Positions 62,001 through 64,000 of a stretch of 64,000 nucleotides of DNA are shown piece by piece (within the stretch, counting starts at the first letter, position 1; the number at the start of each line of letters is the position of its first letter). The stretch is from assembly GCA_020891255.1 (NCBI GenBank), contig BQFW01000013.1, positions 2,596,026-2,660,025 on the forward strand. Direction: 5' to 3'. Source of the DNA: Entomortierella parvispora E1425 (taxonomy: Eukaryota > Fungi > Mortierellomycota). Both the position numbers and the translations under genes were made by a program. A model generated the notes under the pieces. That model made no database searches and was not told the origin of the DNA. It saw nothing but the letters and a program-made list of their open reading frames with translations.

Positions 62001-62100
62001 TCAAGCCATCCTCCTTGCATCCATCTCGTCCTCTTCATCTCGTCCCTTGCATCCCTCTCATCCCTTGCATCCCTTTCTTCCCTTGCATTCGTCGTTTCTT
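59030..62100 (+). repeat. Subtelomeric segmental repeat, right copy, with about 450-bp insertion at about 59150-59620
   Basis: Diverged direct repeat of 53090-55960. Confidence 0.85.
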
Positions 62101-62830
62101 GCATTCATATTGTCTCTTGCATTCATCTTGTCTCTTGCATCGTTTGACCTTCTCGTCTCCTGCATTCCACAGTTCTTGCATCCCTCTCTCTTGTCTCCTG
62201 CATCCCTCTCTCTCGCTCGTCTCTTTCTTTGCATCCCTTTCCTCTCGTGTCTCTCGTCTCGATTCCTGCATCCTTCCTTTCTCCTCGACTCTTGCATCCT
62301 TACCCTGTCCTCCCGTGTCTTGCATCCGTCTTCTTTTTTGGATCTTTCTCCTCTCTTGCATCTCTCGTCTCCTGCGCCCCTTTTTCTTTTTGTATCTCTC
62401 TTTTCTGTTGCATCTCTCTTCTCTGTTACATCTCTCTTCTTTGTTGCATCTCATCTCGTGCATCCTTCTCCTCTCTTGAATCCAACTCACATCTTTCACG
62501 TCTTGCAGCCGCCGTCTCATCCGACCCAATGCATCCAACTCGACTCTTGCATCAAACATCAGCGGGTCTTTTGTGCCCCTGTCTTTGTTTTCGCTCTCTT
62601 CCTTTCTTCGTGTTGTCGCAAGCTTGGGCGTTTCCTCTCGCTTTCTCCTCCCTTTCTCACGCGTTGCTCGCTACTACTCCTTCCTTTGGTCGTCAGCCAC
62701 AACCTCTTTTACATCTAGTCATACAGAGAAAGCTCATTCAATCTAGCCATGAAGCAGAGTGGACATGCGACAAACGAGATGCATGCAGGAAACATGGTCC
62801 TTAATCAGGCTCGCGCACTTCTCAGGTAAG
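61990..62830 (+). repeat. Satellite plus module paralogous to 48820-49745
   Basis: tcttgcatc-rich tract followed by the shared module. Confidence 0.8.
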
Positions 62831-63864
62831 TCCTCTCTACCATCAGCTGATAGATTTCTCTTCCCCTTCGGCCGAGCATGCAGTTGCAGTTGCCAGGAAT
62901 GAGACTGCTCCAGGACAAGGTCACCGCAATCTCGTGTGTTTTGCCCCTCGTCTCTGCCATCTTGTTCCTACTTTGTCTAGCTTGTGCAGCTTTTAATAAA
63001 AAAACTAAATGACAAGTTCACGAGCTGACGTTCTTGTCTACATGCAAGATGAGGAGAGTAGAAACTGATTGAGAGAGCTACCAGTTCCTCGCTGAAGTCT
63101 CGAGAGAGCAAGCATGTGTACGGTTCACACTCGATCTCCTGTTGCCTGTGGATTGTCCTTTCAAGCGCCCAACAGTCGTTCTCTGACCCCAAACTGCAGA
63201 CTTTGCTCTTTTCTCTTCTCGTACTTCATGAAATCCATCTACGAAGTGTCATGAGTGGCGGCTATCTCTTAGCTCTTGTCACCACTTCACTCCTCCATCT
63301 TGGAGAGAATTATTTTTTTTTCAAAAAAGGATGAATATAATAACAGCAATTACGCATCAACTACATTGTCAATCGTCGGTTTTTCTTCAAGAATGCAGAC
63401 CTCTGATGAATAGGCACCTCCACATATGAAAATCACCTTGGTTGTCAACGTAGATGTCAAGAAACAAGCGTTCGATTTTCATAAAAAAAGAGATTCAAAA
63501 ATGCAATTGCTCAAGATCCACCTTATGGATTGACGATGTTTTTGGCCAGATGGAATACTTATGGTGAGAGCTCTCTAATGCACCGTATCTTATGTCTCTA
63601 CGAAGGAAAAAAAGCACCTTGTTTTTATATCTTCAGAAAAGCAAGGCCGAAGCCGGATTCGAACCCGGGAGAAAAAGTAAACAAAAGGATATACCTAATT
63701 TTAGTCCAGAAAGTCCAAGCCACCCAAATTGCAGATATTTCCTTTTTAGGACAAAACAGAAAGTGCATCTTACGGTCGATCTGAATGGCGCAAACGATGC
63801 ATGGACGCTCCAGGACGTCGTTAAACTGTTCAAGTACGCGAGTTTAGGGCGAATAAACTCTAAA

Positions 63865-64000
63865 TTAAGGTTTAGGTTTTTAGGGTTTTTTAGGGTTTTT
63901 TAGGGTTTTTTAGGGTTTTTTAGGGTTTTTTTAGGGTTTTTTAGGGTTTTTTAGGGTTTTTTAGGGTTTTTTAGGGTTTTTTAGGGTTTTTTAGGGTTTT
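63865..64000 (+). repeat. Telomere, (TTTTTTAGGG)n
   Basis: 12 AGGG-containing units from 63877 to the window end, G-rich strand pointing outward, preceded by degenerate ttaagg and tttagg. Confidence 0.95.

Noticed and set aside
61520-62804. Long Leu/Ser/Phe- or Arg/Glu-rich ORFs here and at 41168-41853, 48698-49466, 52289-52996 and 54776-55268
   Set aside because: Translations of CT/GA low-complexity satellite, which lacks stop codons by composition.

Overview
Intron-rich fungal DNA, most likely Mortierellaceae (Mucoromycota; inferred from gene families, intron style and repeat content), ending in a chromosome-end array of the 10-mer TTTTTTAGGG. Bases 1-15.2 kb hold conserved core genes: a peroxisomal 4CL-like ligase, an aquaglyceroporin, a glutamyl-tRNA synthetase with a C-terminal WHEP-like domain and a large CAMK-type kinase, plus a secreted Asp/Cys-repeat protein. 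Bases 16-64 kb are a subtelomeric accessory zone. It contains Crinkler-like and REase-fold genes and pseudogenes, secreted Cys-rich peptides (one missed by the ORF track), a GH18 chitinase with two CBM5/12 modules, SDR, GNAT, a stand-alone triple-WW protein, a Gypsy remnant and layered direct, inverted and tandem repeats. The strongest candidate for a new system is at 41.8-46.5 kb. It is a spliced 397-aa fusion of a Ctr copper transporter to a four-His cytochrome b561 carrying an extra Met-rich loop. A stand-alone 137-aa Ctr paralog lies 3.2 kb away and shares an apparently identical ~800-bp promoter and 5' tract. Gene models were spliced by eye and checked for reading-frame length; family calls are from motif recognition, not database searches.
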